Assembly (NCBI GenBank): GCA_919902765.1
Contig: CAKKRP010000023.1
Span: 744-64,743, forward strand
DNA length: 64,000 nt
Reading direction: 5' to 3'
Origin: Gammaproteobacteria bacterium
GTDB lineage: Bacteria; Pseudomonadota; Gammaproteobacteria; S012-40
The notes under the pieces are model-generated. The model was not told where the DNA came from, searched no databases, and worked only from the letters and a program-made list of their open reading frames with translations. The position numbers and the translations under genes are program-made. Numbering within the stretch: the stretch's first letter is position 1; the number at the start of each line of letters is the position of its first letter. Below are positions 59,632-64,000 of the stretch, one piece after another.

Positions 59632-60384
59632 ATGTCGATATTGAGTAAAGAATTTTGGTTGCAATTCTCGTCACCCAAGACATTTTATCCGGTGGCGGGC
59701 AGGATGATCCCGTGGTTTGCCGGTGGGGCGATCCTACTAACGTTAGTCGGCCTGTATATCGGCCTCTTAGCCGCGCCGACCGATTTTCAGCAAGGCGACG
59801 CCTATCGCATCATCTATATTCATGTCCCGGCGGCGTGGATGTCGATGTTTATCTATATCGTGATGAGCGTTTATGCCGGCATGGGCCTGGTATTAAACGC
59901 GCGCTTGTCGAATATGATGGCCACGGCATTGGCGCCTACCGGTGCGATGTTCGCGTTTTTGGCCTTGTGGACGGGGGCCTTGTGGGGGCGCCCGACCTGG
60001 GGGGCTTACTGGGTGTGGGATGCGCGCCTGACCTCGCAATTGATTTTATTGTTTTTGTATCTTGGTTATATCGCCTTGCAGGCCGCGATTGACGATCCGC
60101 GTCGCGCCTATCGCGCCAGCGCGGTGTTGGCCTTGGTCGGGGTCATCAACGTGCCCATCATTTATTTTTCGGTGCAGTGGTGGAATACCTTGCACCAGGG
60201 TTCATCCATTAATATCAGCCAAGCGCCTAAAATGGCCAGCATCATGTTGACCACGATGTTGATCATGTCGTTGGCGGCGTGGTTATATGCGATTGCGATT
60301 GCGCTGTTCCGCGTGCGCGTGATTATCTTGGAGCGCGAACGCCACAGCGATTGGGTGCGCGATCTCGTAGGGGCGCGGCCATGA
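59632..60384 (+). CDS. ccmC: CcmC
   Basis: YIHVPAAW; WGRPTWGAYWVWDARLT; WWNTLHQ. Confidence 0.97.
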   Translation: MSILSKEFWLQFSSPKTFYPVAGRMIPWFAGGAILLTLVGLYIGLLAAPTDFQQGDAYRIIYIHVPAAWMSMFIYIVMSVYAGMGLVLNARLSNMMATALAPTGAMFAFLALWTGALWGRPTWGAYWVWDARLTSQLILLFLYLGYIALQAAIDDPRRAYRASAVLALVGVINVPIIYFSVQWWNTLHQGSSINISQAPKMASIMLTTMLIMSLAAWLYAIAIALFRVRVIILERERHSDWVRDLVGARP

Positions 60385-60557
60385 ATTGGAATAGTTTCGG
60401 CGAGTTCCTGCACATGAGCGGGTACGGCCCCTATGTGTGGGGGTCTTATGGGGTGTTTGCGTTGTTTATCGTTGTCGAGTGGGTGCAGTTGTCGCGACGA
60501 CGCAAAGACATAATCGCGCGTATCAAACGTATGGCGCGCATGGAAAGGGGTGATTAA
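60381..60557 (+). CDS. ccmD: CcmD
   Basis: MNWNSFGEFLHMSGYGPYVWGSYG. Confidence 0.93.
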   Translation: MNWNSFGEFLHMSGYGPYVWGSYGVFALFIVVEWVQLSRRRKDIIARIKRMARMERGD

Positions 60558-60559
60558 AC

Positions 60560-61045
60560 ATGAAAACTCGGCATAAACGTTTGGCGTTTGTCGTAGCGGG
60601 TCTTGGGGCGTTGAGTTTGATCGCCTACCTCATCTTCAACGCATTTCAGGGCAATTTACTGTATTTTTTCAGCCCCAGTGACGTGGTAGCCAAAAAAGCC
60701 CCGATTGAAAAGAGTTTTCGTTTAGGTGGCTTGGTCGAGGTGGGGTCATTAAAGCGTGAAGATGACGGATTGACCGCGCATTTTACGGTGACGGATAATG
60801 TGCAGCGTATAAACGTGACCTATAAAGGCATCCTGCCGGATTTATTTAAAGAAGGTAAAGGAGTGGTCGCGCAAGGTAAATTGGAGCATGACGGCATGTT
60901 CCGCGCGAGTGAAGTCTTAGCCAAACACGACGAGAATTACATGCCGCCCGAAGTGGCTGCGTCTTTGAAGTCCGCGCAAAACGGCGCTAAATCTCCGGCC
61001 CCTGCGGCCAACACCGTTAATACCGAAGGGGGACGTAAACTGTGA
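60560..61045 (+). CDS. ccmE: Heme chaperone CcmE
   Basis: LPDLFKEG; LAKHDENY. Confidence 0.97.
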   Translation: MKTRHKRLAFVVAGLGALSLIAYLIFNAFQGNLLYFFSPSDVVAKKAPIEKSFRLGGLVEVGSLKREDDGLTAHFTVTDNVQRINVTYKGILPDLFKEGKGVVAQGKLEHDGMFRASEVLAKHDENYMPPEVAASLKSAQNGAKSPAPAANTVNTEGGRKL

Positions 61046-63021
61046 TACCTGAACTTGGACATTTTGCCCTAATCATCGCGCTGTTGCTGGCGCTGACGCA
61101 ATGCGTATTGCCGTTAGTCGGCGCGCAGCGCGGCATTACCTCTTGGATGGCGGTCGCGCGACCGGCGGCGGTGGGACAATTCGGATTTATTCTGATTGCG
61201 TTTAGCTGTTTGGTCTACACCTTTGTCACCAATGACTTCACCGTCGCGTATGCCGCGCAACAGTCCAATTCAAAATTGCCCGTCATGTATCGCGTCGCCG
61301 GGGTGTGGGGCGGTCACGAAGGGTCGATGTTATTGTGGGTGTTTATGCTGAGTGCCTGGACGCTGGCCGTCACCGCCTTTAGCCGCCATTTACCGAACGA
61401 TATGGTGTCGCGCGTGATCGGCGTGTTGGGTTTTATCTCGTTTGGTTTTATATTATTTGTCTTGTTGACCTCCAATCCGTTTGAACGCTTGTTGCCCGGC
61501 GCCGAAGACGGGCGCGATTTGAATCCCTTGTTGCAAGACCCGGGTTTGATTATTCATCCGCCGATGTTGTACATGGGTTATGTCGGATTCTCTGTTGCGT
61601 TCGCGTTCGCGATCGCGGCCTTGATCGGTGGAAAACTCGATGCCACGTGGGCGCGTTGGTCGCGCCCGTGGACGACCGTGGCGTGGGTATTTTTGACTGG
61701 CGGTGTTGCGCTGGGTAGCTGGTGGGCGTATTACGAACTCGGGTGGGGCGGATGGTGGTTCTGGGACCCGGTGGAAAACGCGTCTTTCATGCCTTGGTTG
61801 GTCGGCACCGCACTCATACATTCATTGGCGGTGACCGAAAAACGCGGCACGTTTAAAAATTGGACCGTGTTATTGGCCTTGTGTACATTTTCCTTGAGTT
61901 TGCTTGGTACATTCTTAGTACGCTCCGGTGTATTAACCTCGGTGCATGCCTTCGCAACCGATCCTGAGCGTGGCGGATTTATCCTGATGTTCCTCGCCAT
62001 CGTGGTTGGCAGTTCCTTGCTGTTATACGCCTGGCGCGCGCCCACAGTGGGCTTGGGCGGTCGTTTCGGTATGATCTCGCGCGAATCGTTATTGCTGACC
62101 AATAATGTGTTGTTATTAGTGGCCGCAGGCGCGGTGTTGTTGGGCACACTATATCCTTTATTGATGGATGCGCTGGGTCAAGGCAAGATATCTGTCGGAC
62201 CACCGTATTTTAACGCGATATTCGTGCCCTTGATGACCCCCTTGGTATTCCTGATGGCAATAGGCCCCATCGCGCGTTGGAAAAATGCCGATGTGCCGGA
62301 AATCATCGACCGCTTGAAATGGGCCTTTGGCGTCAGTGTGGTCACGGCGCTGGTGCTGCCGTTTGTGATGGGGCATTGGTCTTGGTTGGTAAGCCTCGGG
62401 CTGTTTATGGCGACCTGGATATTTTCCAGTATCATCGCTAGCATTTGGCGTCGCGCTAAAACACGCGCAGTGGCCGGCGTGGAGAGTGGCTCTGCGTCAT
62501 TGAGTTATTACGGCATGCAATTGGCGCATACCGGTGTTGCCGTGTTCATCGTCGGTGTGACCTTGGTTCTAGGTTACGAAGAACAAAAAGACGTGCGCAT
62601 GGACATCGGCGATACCGTACAGTTAGGTGAATATTCCTTCCGTTTCGATGGCGTGCAAACGGTGCCGGGTCCCAATTACGAGGCCACGCGTGGCCGTTTG
62701 ACGGTGTTCAAAAATAATAAACCGTTTGCGCTGATGGAGCCGGAAAAACGCATTTATATCGTACAACAAATGCCGATGACCGAAGCCGCGATCAGGCCCA
62801 GTTTGTTCGGCGATTTATACGCATCCCTGGGTGAGCCCGTGAGCGGCGGCGCGTGGAGCGTGCGCGTGTATCATAAACCCTTTGTCGATTGGATATGGGG
62901 CGGCTGTTTTATCATGCTGATGGGCGGTGTGTTGGCGATTTCAGATAGACGTTATCGTTTATCCAAGGTGCGGGCTGCGGCGCGTGTAGACATTCAAATG
63001 CCGGCGGGGGTAAAAGGCTAA
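61042..63021 (+). CDS. ccmF: Cytochrome c heme lyase CcmF
   Basis: WGGHEGS; IHPP; WGGWWFWDPVEN; SVHAF. Confidence 0.98.
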   Translation: MIPELGHFALIIALLLALTQCVLPLVGAQRGITSWMAVARPAAVGQFGFILIAFSCLVYTFVTNDFTVAYAAQQSNSKLPVMYRVAGVWGGHEGSMLLWVFMLSAWTLAVTAFSRHLPNDMVSRVIGVLGFISFGFILFVLLTSNPFERLLPGAEDGRDLNPLLQDPGLIIHPPMLYMGYVGFSVAFAFAIAALIGGKLDATWARWSRPWTTVAWVFLTGGVALGSWWAYYELGWGGWWFWDPVENASFMPWLVGTALIHSLAVTEKRGTFKNWTVLLALCTFSLSLLGTFLVRSGVLTSVHAFATDPERGGFILMFLAIVVGSSLLLYAWRAPTVGLGGRFGMISRESLLLTNNVLLLVAAGAVLLGTLYPLLMDALGQGKISVGPPYFNAIFVPLMTPLVFLMAIGPIARWKNADVPEIIDRLKWAFGVSVVTALVLPFVMGHWSWLVSLGLFMATWIFSSIIASIWRRAKTRAVAGVESGSASLSYYGMQLAHTGVAVFIVGVTLVLGYEEQKDVRMDIGDTVQLGEYSFRFDGVQTVPGPNYEATRGRLTVFKNNKPFALMEPEKRIYIVQQMPMTEAAIRPSLFGDLYASLGEPVSGGAWSVRVYHKPFVDWIWGGCFIMLMGGVLAISDRRYRLSKVRAAARVDIQMPAGVKG

Positions 63022-63545
63022 TGTTGCGTTATGCATTTCCTATCGTCGCATTTTTTATTTTGGTGTTTTTTTTATATCGTGGATTGTCGCTGAAACCCAG
63101 CGAGATTCCTTCGCCGCTGATAGATAAACCCGCCCCGGCGTTTACACTGCCGCAGGTGTTGAACGAGCAACAGACATTTACACCTGCACAGATGAAGGGC
63201 AAGGTGTGGATGTTAAACGTGTGGGCCTCGTGGTGTCCGTCGTGTCGCGACGAACATCCGTTATTGGTGGAATTGGGCCGCAAGGGTTTGGTGTCTATTA
63301 ATGGATTGAACTATAAAGATCAACGTCAAGACGCCATCGCATGGTTGAATCAATTCGGCAATCCGTTTGAAAACATCGCGTTTGATTTGCAAGGCAACGT
63401 CGGCATAGATTTCGGCGTCTATGGTGCGCCCGAAACCTTTATTATCGATAAACAAGGTGTGATTCGTTACAAACACATCGGCCCTTTGACCGGCGAGGCC
63501 TTGCGTGACAAAATTTTACCCCTCATCAAGGAGTTGCAAGGATGA
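63021..63545 (+). CDS. ccmG: Thiol-disulfide oxidoreductase CcmG/DsbE
   Basis: WASWCPSC; GVYGAPETF. Confidence 0.96.
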   Translation: MLRYAFPIVAFFILVFFLYRGLSLKPSEIPSPLIDKPAPAFTLPQVLNEQQTFTPAQMKGKVWMLNVWASWCPSCRDEHPLLVELGRKGLVSINGLNYKDQRQDAIAWLNQFGNPFENIAFDLQGNVGIDFGVYGAPETFIIDKQGVIRYKHIGPLTGEALRDKILPLIKELQG

Positions 63546-64000
63546 GAATGTTTAAAATATGGGTGTTGCTGAGTGTGTTGTCGGGTACGTACAACGTATA
63601 CGCGGGCGAGGCCCAACCGATGGAAGACCCCGCCATAGAAGATCGGTTTAAAAAACTGACCTTGGAATTGCGTTGTTTGAAATGTCAAAACCAAACGATC
63701 TACGATTCCAAGGCCGGGCTCGCGGAAGACTTGCGCACGCAGATCCGCGATCAAATACATCAGGGCAAGTCCGACCAAGACATCGTGGACTATATGGTCG
63801 CCCGTTACGGCAATTTCGTGCGTTACCGTCCGCCGATGACAGTGGCAACATTCATGTTATGGGTGGGGCCGTTTTTGTTGTTTGGCGTGGGTATAGGTAT
63901 GTTGATCTACCAGATGCGTAAACGCCGTCAATTGGTAAAAGACGCACCGTTGGATGCGCAACAACAACAGCGCGCGCAATCAATATTACGTGGGGAAAAA
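63542..64000 (+). CDS. ccmH: CcmH (stop lies beyond the window)
   Basis: Manual translation: LRCLKCQNQTIYDS...YMVARYGNFVRYRPP...LWVGP. Confidence 0.93.
   Translation, partial: MRMFKIWVLLSVLSGTYNVYAGEAQPMEDPAIEDRFKKLTLELRCLKCQNQTIYDSKAGLAEDLRTQIRDQIHQGKSDQDIVDYMVARYGNFVRYRPPMTVATFMLWVGPFLLFGVGIGMLIYQMRKRRQLVKDAPLDAQQQQRAQSILRGEK

Overview
Gammaproteobacterial chromosome segment, probably from an iron-oxidising or electrotrophic lithotroph (inference). The left end holds a truncated DDE-integrase/ExeA-ATPase transposon remnant. It is followed by a ~14 kb extracellular electron-transfer locus whose gene order matches the uetABCDEFGHIJ cluster known from Ca. Tenderia electrophaga and Gallionellaceae: tetraheme cytochrome, PPIase chaperone, beta-barrel, three c7-type trihemes, a cupredoxin-like lipoprotein, two NHL beta-propeller lipoproteins and an 11(+1)-heme cytochrome. 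A PKD-domain cytochrome with a GlyGly-CTERM-like tail follows. The tetraheme protein and the N-terminus of the undecaheme carry the OmcE-like motif series, and the accessory genes parallel the Geobacter osc nanowire-assembly set, so the locus may build a cytochrome nanowire. The rest is mostly core genome: suhB, trmJ-cysE-isc, a Spy/CpxRA-like plus ECF envelope-stress block, a cyc2-like cytochrome-porin, ndk...der (ispG missing), a short-type pgi, tRNA-Leu, pepN, alaA, a PhoH-family gene, bcp, dapA-bamC-purC, an MCP, a K+ channel and ccmA-H. Unannotated signals include an Rsm/Csr-type sRNA, a CrcZ-like A-rich RNA, a three-way-junction leader upstream of the MCP, and a 36-aa Rieske ferredoxin remnant lacking its whole cluster-binding core. 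All calls come from reading motifs by eye; no searches were run.
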